A stretch of 64,000 bases of DNA from Macrostomum lignano (lineage: Eukaryota): positions 62,001-126,000 of the forward strand of contig NIVC01000288.1 in assembly GCA_002269645.1 (NCBI GenBank). Reading direction: 5' to 3'. Within the stretch, counting starts at the first letter, position 1; every line of letters begins with the position of its first letter. A model generated the notes under the pieces. It worked only from the letters and a program-made list of their open reading frames with translations. It did not search any database and was not told the DNA's origin. This document shows positions 26,401 through 37,500 of this stretch, piece after piece. A program made the translations under genes and the position numbers.

Positions 26401-27116
26401 TATCAGTAAGCTCTATCAGGAATATCAGTAAGCTTTCTCAGGAATATCAGTAAGCTCTTTCAGGAATATCAGTAAGCTCTCTCAGGAATATCAGTAAGCT
26501 CTCTCAGGAATATCAGTAAGCTCTTTCAGGAATATCAGTAAGCTCTCTCAGGAATATGAGTAAGCTTTCTCAGGAATATCAGTAAGCTCTCTCAGGAATA
26601 TCAGTAAGCTCTCTCAGGAATATCAGTAAGCTCTCTCAGGAATATGAGTAAGCTTTCTCAGGAATATCAGTAAGCTCTCTCAGGAATATCAGTAAGCTCT
26701 CTCAGGAATATCAGTAAGCTTTCTCAGGAATATCAGTAAGCTCTCTCAGGAATATCAGTAAGCTTTCTCAGGAATATCAGTAAGCTATCAACAGTATCCA
26801 CTGGACTCACCTGTGGATCCCGTTTCGATTTTGCGCCAACCTTCAATTTCGATGGCCAAGCAATGCGGGCGCCAGTTCGCAGTTCGATGTCGTTAAAGAA
26901 CCTCTCCAGAGGACAGACACCAGGCAGTTTCAGAGGCTCCTGCGCACTTGTAGGTCCCGCAGACGTCAACATGAGACTCTCCAGTTTGCGCCGATCAACT
27001 CTGAATCTTTCTTCAACTCGATCTGCTGTAATGATGCAGCCGTGATGACGCCCGGGAAACGAGTCGCTGCTTGAGCCGCCAGAAGATGACGAAGTGTCAT
27101 CCGCTGTTGTAGACAT
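21451..27116 (-). CDS. BICC1: Bicaudal-C homologue (KH domains + C-terminal SAM), two coding exons, 783 aa
   Basis: complement(join(21451..23496,26811..27116)) = 2352 nt. DRVEERFRVDRRKLE, IAWPSKLKVGAKSKRDPQ, LIGRHG...IHFPDSN...KSNQVS, RRPTKQWSGYFFSRS, SAM domain (QEIDLCAFRKLSEDDLRSLG) all match the BICC1/Bic-C family. Confidence 0.94.
23608..25144. repeat. Minisatellite, 20 bp unit AAACTACCATAGAGTCCATT, ~77 copies (BicC intron)
   Basis: Exact 20 bp periodicity. Confidence 0.97.
25655..26787. repeat. Minisatellite, 22 bp unit CTCAGGAATATCAGTAAGCTCT, ~51 copies (BicC intron)
   Basis: TATCAG at 25741, 25763, etc. Confidence 0.97.
26811..27116 (-). CDS. BICC1: BicC exon 1
   Basis: ATG at 27116; CAG|gtgagt donor at 26810; 102 codons, phase 0. 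Confidence 0.92.
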
Positions 27117-27658
27117 TTTTTTACAACTGAATAATGAACTTATAATAGAGAGCCCTAACTAAACTAACTATTGTGGATAGTGTCTATTATAAAGCTTGGT
27201 CTACACACTCGACTCAACGATATACAACTCTCTCTCTATATATTCGTGTCCATTGACTGCACTACCTTCTGAGAATTATATACCTTACCTACCTACCTAT
27301 ATACAATTATGAAATAAGCCCTCAACCCAGAGACGGAATTGGACGAGGGAGCCTGGAGGGGTAGCTCAGGCCCCTGCGGACAAATAGATTTTCAGGTGGC
27401 TGTAGCTGTTTTAAACACTGAGCCAATGCCTTCTCTCTGTCCTTAACTGTCTGCCCCGTCTGACTGCCTGCTTTTGCAGAACCCCGAGAAGTGCTTTGTG
27501 GCGGCGTAGGGGGGGGGGGTCTTCGTGGTGTTCGCCTGACTCTGACTACATGGAGTTCTATAGAGATTTTGCAGTTCTGGAGAGGGAATCCTTTGGCAAA
27601 CAGTTGACGATTATACGATAACTTTGAATATTATAATATCAGATTTACCGCCTTGGCA

Positions 27659-27849
<191 letters not shown>

Positions 27850-28224
27850 TAATTAACAGAACTGAATGACATCCAGTTACCAATCTAGACAAATGTTCAC
27901 AATTTTAGAAGTCCTCGGCCATAAAGACTGAAGGAAGGAAAAGATAACAGCACTGTAACTTTGGTGGCGAAGTGTGTTGAATAAATATAGAGGCATCAGT
28001 ATAGTAATAGATACAATAATTTAGTTAAGAACAAGAGCACTTGTCCCCTTAAACCCTGACGAAATTTCTATTCGCTTTGGGGAGGGGGGGAGGGGGCCGA
28101 GGGAAGCTGCGTGCCCAGACAGACGGAGCAGTCCACTATGCAGGGCCATACAGCATAGCACAGGGGGCGCACATAACAAAAAATAATAATTATACTGCTT
28201 AGCCAAGGAGACTTGGAGCTAGAC

Positions 28225-28824
28225 CAGGGGTTGGCAATTTTTTTACCAGATACTCAGATAGAGAATCTACCGCATGACTGCGGGCCAGATGAGAGGAGAG
28301 AGGAGAGGGAATGGAGCAGAAAGAAGGAAGATAGGAGAAAGGGGAGACAAGAAAATAAAGAGAAGAGAGGAGACGAGAGCAAACGTGAGATAAGTAGGAG
28401 AGGAGAGAAGAGATAGGAGAGAGAAAAGGGGAAAGAAGAGGAGAGAGAAGAGCAGAGGAGAGAGGAGAGGAGAGAGGAGAGGAGGGGAGAGAGGAGAGAG
28501 GAGAGGAGAGGAGAGCGGGAAGAGGAGAGAGGAGAGGAGAGGAGAGGAGAGAGGGGAGAGGAGAGAGGAGAGGAGAGGAGAGGAGAGAGGAGAGGAGAGG
28601 AGAGGAGAGAGGGGAGAGGAGAGAGGAGAGGAGAGGAGAGGAGAGGAGAGGAGAGGAGAGGAGAGAGGAGAGGAGAGAGGAGAGGAGAGGAGAGGAGAGG
28701 AGAGAGGAGAGGAGAGAGGAAGAGAAAGGATTAGAGAGAAGAGCGCTGAGAAGAGATATACACATTGAGCATGCCGGATAGGGAGGCCGCATGTGGCCCG
28801 CAGGCCGGAGTTTGCCGACCCCTG
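28225..28824. mobile_element. Non-autonomous hAT (Charlie-like) MITE with internal (GAGAG)n expansion
   Basis: TIRs CAGGGGTTGGCAA / TTGCCGACCCCTG (12/13 match); 8 bp TSD AGCTAGAC (28217-28224) / CGCTAGAC (28825-28832); subterminal GCGGGCCACATGCGGCC on -. Confidence 0.85.
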
Positions 28825-28852
28825 CGCTAGACAGACAGACAGACAGACAGCC

Positions 28853-28885
<33 letters not shown>

Positions 28886-29105
28886 CTGCGTCCTACGCTC
28901 GTACATGTAGTTTTGGGGTGAAACTTTCAGCTTAAAAAATAAGACAGCTCGTTTCAACTCAAAAGTAATGCGCTAAGCTGCAGTAGAGAAAGTTCTATAT
29001 CATTTAATCATCCCAAAAAACTGGCTTGTAAAATATTCTGTTTAATTCTTTGTGACCGATTTTTATTAAAGGCCGATCTTACAGGTTTTAATTCAGCGCC
29101 GTATA

Positions 29106-29868
29106 TTTTAGCGCCAATTCAGTTCTACAGACTAGATTTTAGCGCCAATTCAGTTCTACAGACTAGATTTTAGCGCCAATTCAGCTCTACAGACTAGATT
29201 TTAGCGCCAATTCAGCTCTACAGACTAGATTTTAGCGCCAATTCAGCTCTACAGACTAGATTTTAGCGCCAATTCAGCTCTACAGACTAGATTTTAGCGC
29301 CAATTCAGCTCTACAGACTAGATTTTAGCGCCAATTCAGTTCTACAGACTAGATTTTAGCGCCAATTCAGTTCTACAGACTAGATTTTAGCGCCAATTCA
29401 GCTCTACAGACTAGATTTTAGCGCCAATTCAGCTCTACAGACTAGATTTTAGCGCCAATTCAGCTCTACAGACTAGATTTTAGCGCCAATTCAGCTCTAC
29501 AGACTAGATTTTAGCGCCAATTCAGTTCTACAGACTAGATTTTAGCGCCAATTCAGCTCTGCAGATTAGATTTTAGCGCCAATTCAGCAACACAGGCTAG
29601 ATTTTAGCGCCAATTCAGCAACACAGGCTAGATTTTAGCGCCAACTCAGCAACACAGATTAGATTTTAGCGCCAATTCAGCAACACAGACTAGATTTTAG
29701 CGCCAATTCAGCAACACAGGCTAGATTTTAGCGCCAATTCAGCAACACAGGCTAGATTTTAGCGCCAATTCAGCAACACAGGCTAGATTTTAGCGCCAAT
29801 TCAGCAACACAGGCTAGATTTTAGCGCCAATTCAGCAACACAGGCTAGATTTTAGCGCCAACTCAGCT
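29106..29868. repeat. Minisatellite, 31 bp unit TAGATTTTAGCGCCAATTCAGCTCTACAGAC, ~25 copies
   Basis: GACTAG at 29161, 29192, etc.; right part switches to the CAACACAGG variant. Confidence 0.96.
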
Positions 29869-30496
29869 CCGAGTTAAAAACTAGATTTAAACGCAATTTT
29901 TTTAGCGCCAGTATACTTTTGAACCATTTTGTGGGCTGGAACTTCCTTGAATTATCTACAAGAAGATTTGATGATTTTAGTAAAACTTAATTGATTCAGA
30001 TTGCAACGGCCTCTCTTACTAAGCTCGTAGTCATAGCGTCTAAAAATGAGGGTGTTTCAACAATAACCTGGACTGCTAAAACTTCTATATAGGTTCTCCT
30101 TGACTTCTTTAAACGAGGCCCAGAATGCAGACACGAGATTCAGAAGGAGGAGGGTGGGGGCAATGAGAGGCGGAAAACCGGGAGTGTCACAGAAACCGAC
30201 CGAGAGACGCAAGTAGGAAGGGAGAGGAGGGGATTGACGAGCGGGGGGGCGGCGGCGGGTCCGGAAAAAGCGCGCGAGCAAGCGCGTGTGTAGCGCGCAA
30301 AAGTATCCATGTTATATTATTATTGCCATCACTCGTAGAATTTTCAGGCCCAAATCCAGACCCTCGGCAGACATCGAGGGCTGAGGAAAGTCGGAGGTTA
30401 AAAGGGAGGCTATCCCTACTTTTTCGTCTTTGAAAATGTGCGCACGATTTGGTACTGACTCATACTTGCGCGTATCATGCGAAACTTGCACTTTTT

Positions 30497-31686
30497 AGTG
30501 TGTTTTGGCGCTCTGAGTTGTGTTTTGGCGCTCTAAGGTGCGTTTTGGCGCTCTGAGGTGTGTTTTGGCGCTCTGAGGTGTGTTTTGGCGCTCTGAGTTG
30601 TGTTTTGGCGCTCTGAGTTGTGTTTTGGCGCTCCAATGTAAGTTTTGGCGCTCTGAGGTGTGTTTTGGCGTTCTAATGTAAGTTTTGGCGCTTTAATGTG
30701 AGTTTTGGCGCTCTGAAGGTGTGTTTTGGCGCTCTAATGTGAGTTTTGGCGCTCTGAAGGTGTGTTTTGGCGCTCTGAGGTGTGTTTTGGCGCTCAGAGG
30801 TGTGTTTTGGCGCTCTGAAGGTGTGTTTTGGCGCTCTAATGTGAGTTTTGGCGCTCTGAAGGTGTGTTTTGGCGCTCTAATGTGAGTTTTGGCGCTCTGA
30901 AGGTGTGTTTTGGCGCTCTGAGATGTGTTTTGGCGCTCTGAAGGTGTGTTTTGGCGCTCTGAGGTGCGTTTTGGCACTCTGAGGTGTGTTTTGGCGCTCT
31001 AATGTGAGTTTAGGCGCTCTGAAGGTGTGTTTTGGCGCTCTGAGGTGCCTTTTTTTGGCGCTCTGAGGTGCGTTTTGGCGCTCTGAGGTGTGTTTTGGCG
31101 CTCTAATGTGAGTTTTGGCGCTCTGAAGGTGTGTTTTGGCGCTCTGAGGTGTGTTTTGGCGCTCTAATGTGAGTTTTGGCGCTCTAATGTGAGTTTTGGC
31201 GCTCTGAGGTGTGTTTTGGCGCTCTAATGTGAGTTTTGGCGCTCTGAGGTGTGTTTTGGCGCTCTAATGTGAGTTTTGGCGCTCTGAGATGTGTTTTGGC
31301 GCTCTGAGGTGTGTTTTGGCGCTCTGAGGTGTGTTTTGGCGCTCTGAGGTGTGTTTTGGCGCTCTAATGTGAGTTTTGGCGCTCTGAGGTGTGTTTTGGC
31401 GCTCTAATGTGAGTTTTGGCGCTCTGAGATGTGTTTTGGCGCTCTGAGGTGCGTTTTGGCGCTCAGAGGTGTGTTTTGGCGCTCTGAGGTGTGTTTTGGC
31501 GCTCTGAGGTGTGTTTTGGCGCTCTGAGGTGTGTTTTGGCGCTCTAATGTGAGTTTTGGCGCTCTGAGGTGTGTTTTGGCGCTCTAATGTGAGTTTTGGC
31601 GCTCTGAGATGTGTTTTGGCGCTCTGAGGTGCGTTTTGGCGCTCAGAGGTGTGTTTTGGCGCTCTGAGGTGCGGATTGGCGCTCTG
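30497..31686. repeat. Minisatellite, 20(-21) bp unit GTGTGTTTTGGCGCTCTGAG, ~58 copies
   Basis: Direct periodicity. Confidence 0.96.
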
Positions 31687-32364
31687 GGGTTGCGTATTAA
31701 ACGCACGTAAAAACCATAAATTTAATTCAGCTATAACTAATGATCTTTGAATACCGCTCGAATTACGAACTATACATGTAGATGTAAATCTGTTCAAAAT
31801 GTAGAACAGTAAGTGACTCAGTACTTAATATGGTTTCAGGCTGCCAGGGCTAGACTGTAATCGATGCTTTCGAAAATCGCAATTAATGCTTTAATTGTAA
31901 CGAGAGTTCTTGAGAAAACTTATTAACAGTATACGCTCGTAAGCCACCTGAATTTGCTACATATTGTGCAAGTTCTGACAAAGTAACCCTCGAATTCTGT
32001 AGTTCGATACCAATAAAGTGCGGTGCTGCGAAACTCCGGTTTCTATGCTATGCAAGTCGTTGACGATTTTGGCGCGAATATACTCAAATTCTAACTACTA
32101 TACTTAACAACTTTGGCGCCAATAAACAGAAGTCTTGGCGCCATTAAATTTTGACGAAGAAAGAACTTAGAACAGTACACAATTTTTATTAAATTTAGGA
32201 AGCACCCTTCATTATTTATTTAAGAATTTCTGCGGCTTCTGTTAGACAATACGGCTAAGTTTGTGCTCGAATACAACTACTGATAAGTAGTAATGTAAGG
32301 GTTTTGCCTTTGACGAGTTTAATGACTGATATCTTTATTTAATTAATCGGCATCTATTAGCTTT

Positions 32365-32780
32365 AATACCCTATCTAGCACCCCTAATACCCCATCTAGC
32401 ACCCTTAATACCCCATCTAGCACCCCTAATACCCCATCTAGCACCCTTAATACCCCATCTAGCACCCCTAATACCCCATCTAGCACCCTTAATACCCCAT
32501 CTAGCACCTCTAAATACCCCATCTAGCACCTCTAAATACCCCATCTAGCACCCTTGATACCCCATCTAGCACTCCTAATACCCCATCTAGCACCCTTGAT
32601 ACCCCATCTAGCACCTCTAAATACCCCATCTAGCACCTCTAAATACCCCATCTAGCACCCTTGATACCCCATCTAGCACCTTTAATACCCCATCTAGCAC
32701 CTCTAATACCCCATCTAGCACCTCTAATACCCCATCTAGCACCTCTAATACCCCATCTAGCACCCTTAATACTCCACTTA
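32365..32780. repeat. Minisatellite, 21 bp unit TAATACCCCATCTAGCACCCC, ~20 copies
   Basis: Direct periodicity. Confidence 0.95.
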
Positions 32781-33257
32781 GCGTCCCTAATATCCCAGCA
32801 TATAAAGAATTGATGTTTTAGCAAGCCATAACAATAATTTAAACCAGATACTGTAATGAAAAGACAATGATGTGGTCTACGATGATGATCAATACCAATA
32901 TATTGGACAATACTCTACAAAAAACCAGAGCACAAACACACAGGACACAAGACCACAGGGGCATTTTGAAGGCAACAATAATTCTAACTTATGATAATAC
33001 AAGAAAATATATTTTAAAAAAAAATACGCCTGATAAACAAAAAGCTACTTGATTAAAAATATTTTTCGATATTTTATTACATTTTATTTGACCTTGATAT
33101 ACTCGTAGCAAAGTGAAACGGCATTTACATGTGAAGGCTGGATTTTTCCATTATCAACAGCGACAAAAATTATAATAGATGGTTCAAAACTAAAGCGACA
33201 AAAAAATAGGGATTCAGAGCGCAACAATAAAGCTGTAGCAGTGTGTGTTAAACTGGC

Positions 33258-34312
33258 ATTGGGGCGCCGAAATTTGGATTAGGGCGCCAATATAGGGATT
33301 AGGGATTAGGATATTAGGATTGGGGCGCCAATATTAGGATTGGGGCGCCAAAGTTAGGATTGGGGCGCCAAAGTTGGGATTGGGGCGCCAATATTGGGAT
33401 TGGGGCGCCAATATTGGGATTGGGGCGCCAATATTGGGATTGGGGCGCAAATATTGGGATCGGGGCACCAACATTGGGATTGGGGCGCAAATATTGGGAA
33501 CGGGGCACCAATATTGGGATCGGGGCGCCAATATTGGGATTGGGGCGCAAATATTGGGAACGGGGCACCAATATTGGGATCGGGGCGCCAATATTGGGAT
33601 TGGGGCGCCAAAATTGGGATCGGGGCGACAAAATTGGGATTGGGGCGCCAAAATTGGGATTGGGGCGCCAAAATTGGGATTGGGGCGCCAAAATTGGGAT
33701 TGGGGCGCCAAAATTGGGATCGGGGCGACAAAATTGGGATTGGGGCGCCAAAATTGGGATTGGGGCGCCAAAATTGGGATCGGGGCGACAAAATTGGGAT
33801 TGGGGCGCCAAAATTGGGATTGGGGCGCCAAAGTTGGGATTGAGGCGCCGCTGCGCCAGTACTGGGATTGGGGCGCCAAAATTGGGATTGGAGCGACAAA
33901 ATTGGGATTGGGGCGCCAAAATTGGGATTGGGGCGCCAATATTGGGATCGGGGCGCCAAAATTGGGATTGGGGCACCAATATTGGGATCGGGGCGCCAAA
34001 GTTGGGATTGAGGCGCCGCTGCGCCAGTACTGGGATTGGGGCGCCAAAATTGGGATTGGGGCGCCAAAATTGGGATTGGGGCGCCAAAATTGGGATTGGG
34101 GCGCCAAAATTGAGATTGGGGCGCCAAAATTGGGATCGGGGCGACAAAATTGAGATTGGGGCGACAAAATTGGGATTGGGGCGCCAAAATTGGGATCGGG
34201 GCGACAAAATTGGGATTGGGGCGCCAAAATTGGGATTGGGGCGCCAAAATTGGGATTGGGGCGCCAAAATTGGGATTGGGGCGACAAAATTAGGATTGGG
34301 GGCGCCGAAATT
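33258..34312. repeat. Minisatellite, 20 bp unit ATTGGGGCGCCAAAATTGGG, ~52 copies, ~90 bp downstream of the Argonaute stop
   Basis: Direct periodicity. Confidence 0.96.
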
Positions 34313-34401
34313 TGTGATTTGAGTTTGGCGCGCACAGAAAGTGGGATGAATTAAGGCGCTAAGCTAGAGATTTTAGGACTTGAAGTCGGTTCGAGAAGTT
34401 C

Positions 34402-34593
34402 CTACAAAAAGAACATGCTGTCGTCCCTCGAATAAGCAGGCTCAATCTTTTCGAGTCTTAGCGAGGCCGGATCCGTGGCGGCAGACTGGCGCGAGCTGAC
34501 ACTGCTAGCGTCGGGACTGGAGTCCTCGCCTTGCCAAGTTCGGGCTCTGAATGCGCACAGGTGAGCGTAGTACACTGGCGAGGGGATGCTCAC
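34402..34593 (-). CDS. AGO: Argonaute exon 6 (catalytic H, C-terminal MFFL)
   Basis: tctctacag acceptor, [15 protein letters not shown] at 34404-34402. Confidence 0.94.
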   Translation of the reverse strand: MSIPSPVYYAHLCAFRARTWQGEDSSPDASSVSSRQSAATDPASLRLEKIEPAYSRDDSMFFL

Positions 34594-37500
34594 CTGTAGA
34601 GATATGGGAACAGCGAACAGGCTATATGTACATGTACACACACTGTATAGTAGAAATATTCAGTATTGAAGTCGTCTGACTTTATTGAAAATCTCTTATT
34701 ACATCGAACAATGTACTGAGGCAATTTCACAACCAGAACCTAGTCACATTCACAACACAACCTAGTCTCATTCACATAAAAAACTAGTCACATTCACAAC
34801 ACAATCCAGTCACATTCACAACACAACCTAGTCTCATTCACATAAAAAATTAGTCACATTCACAACACAATCCAGTCACATTCACAACACAACCTAGTCA
34901 CATTAACAACACAACCTAGTCTCATTAACAACACAACCTAGTCACATTAACAACACAACCTAGTCTCATTAACAACACAACCTAGTCTCATTAACAACAC
35001 AACCTAGTCACATTAACAACACAACCTAGTCACATTAACAACACAACCTAGTCACATTAACAACACAGCCTAGTCACATTCACAACACAACCTAGTCTCA
35101 TTCACAACCTAGTCACATTCACAACACTTTCACCGTACACTCACCGATCTGGTGCAGCGCATGTACACGTGGCACAGGTAGTAGGTGAACAACTGCAGAT
35201 CGTCAGAGCTCCACTTATTGTCATCCCACAGCACGTGGTACAGAGACGGCTTGGAGGTGCCCTGGATGCCTTCATGGCTAAGCAGATAGAAATTGAACTC
35301 CCGTTTGTGCACTATATCGGTGTCCACCACAGTGCCTGCCGGGCAATTGCCGCTCTTGCCAATAGCGTCCTGCTTACTAGCTGGGAACAAGCGAGTATGG
35401 TGCCGCTTGCCAACTATGATGAAGGTGATTCGAGGCTCGTACTCGTTGCCGGTCGCCATCTCCGTGCAAGCCTGCTGGATTGCGGCAACCTCGTGTCTGA
35501 GGACTTCGGTGAATTGGCCCTCTGAGACGCCGTCTCTGTAGAACATTATGCTGGTAGGCTTAAAGCCATTGCGCTTGTAGAACTTCAATAGCAGGGCTTT
35601 GACTGCGCCTTTCATATCGTCTATCACCTCCTTCACAGCGTTGGTCTCAGTGCCTTTGCGAGACACCTGACAGAGTTGAGAAGAGCGAAGAAGGTTTGCT
35701 GCTAGGTTTTGTGAAATTGCTTGTGTCTCCTGTCTCAGCCTCATCTGTCCGTATAAAAGTGGGACTGTCACATTTTTTTGGTGACAGTCGAAATTGTGAC
35801 ACTGCTTGTCACGCTTGTGACAGTGATGTGACAGTCAGTTATTAATGTGACCGTCGATGTGACACTCAAATGTGACACTCAAACAAACTGTCACAGCTGT
35901 GACCGTCCATGTGACAGAGAAATATTGTCACCAGTGTGACCGTCGATGTGACACTCAAATGTGACACTAAAAAAAACTGTCACTGCTGTGACCGTCCATG
36001 TGCCTCGTGTGTTTAGTTGTTTTAAGCAATGGTAAAAAACTAACAATTTGGTAGAGTAATATTTCCGGTGCATCATTTTTTCTATTAAACGTGGTCTAGT
36101 TATTAGACATGTTAATTACGTGCCTCAATTTCTGTGCATAATCATCAAGTCAAATAAGTATTTCCACGTGTATTGTTATACACATCTGCAATACAATCCA
36201 CTCCACTTATCCAGTCAAGCACGTACATGCACGATATTTCAGTAGCAAACTAATAAATCAATCAAGATCACTGGTTCACTGACATCCCCCTTGTCTTTAG
36301 TCGTCCAACCCATCTCCGTCTTCCTCATCCTCTTCAATTTAAGCTCGTAATTGCTTGAAAGTTTTTTCCTACTCAAGTATAGGTGATGGAGGGTGGGTAT
36401 ACTCGTTCAGCTCAAGCAGTAAGCCAGCTTCTTTTAATTCATATGTTCTAGTTTGCTCATTCGAGTTAGAAATTGTAAATATAAATTTAACGAAACACAG
36501 CAGATACACAGAAAATAAAGAGATAATACACAAAAATAGCAACTCGAGGAGGAACTTCAATGCGAATCTAGCAATCGAAAAATGTTTTAGGAAACAATGT
36601 TGTACAACTTGGGTTCACATGACAACACATCGACTGTCACACAAGAGACAGTTTTTCGACTGTCACATTTGAGTGTCACATCGACTGTCACAGTGGTGAC
36701 AGTTTCTTAGAGTGTCACATTTGAGTGTCACATCGACTGTCACAGCGGTGACAGTTTCTTAGAGTGTCACATTTGAGTGTCACATCGACTGTCACAGCGG
36801 TGACAGTTTCTTAGTGTGACATTTGAGTGTCACATCGACTGTCACAGTGGTGACAGTTTCTTAGTGTGACATTTGAGTGTCACATCGACTGTCACAGTGG
36901 TGACAGTTTCTTAGTGTGACATTTGAGTGTCACATCGACTGTCACAGTGGTGACAGTTTCTTAGTGTGACATTTGAGTGTCACATCGACTGTCACAGTGG
37001 TGACAGTTTCTTAGTGTGACATTTGAGTGTCACATCGACTGTCACAGTGGTGACAGTTTCTTAGTGTCACATTTGAGTGTCACATCGACTGTCACAGCGG
37101 TGACAGTTTCTTAGTGTGACATTTGAGTGTCACATCGACTGTCACAGTGGTGACAGTTTCTTAGTGTCACATTTGAGTGTCACATCGACTGTCACAGCGG
37201 TGACAGTTTCTTAGTGTCACATTTGAGTGTCACATCGACTGTCACAGCGGTGACAGTTTCTTAGAGTGTCACATTTGAGTGTCACATCGACTGTCACAGC
37301 GGTGACAGTTTCTTAGTGTCACATTTGAGTGTCACATCGACTGTCACAGCGGTGACAGTTTCTTAGAGTGTCACATTTGAGTGTCACATCGACTGTCACA
37401 GCGGTGACAGTTTCTTAGTGTGACATTTGAGTGTCACATCGACTGTCACAGTGGTGACAGTTTCTTAGTGTCACATTTGAGTGTCACATCGACTGTCACA

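Noticed and set aside
23608-26787. CRISPR-like appearance of regular 20-31 bp repeats
   Set aside because: Units are head-to-tail with no unique spacers, there are no cas genes, and the context is eukaryotic introns.
36000-36650. Transposase in the core of the foldback element
   Set aside because: Only short broken ORFs; no DDE motif recognisable.
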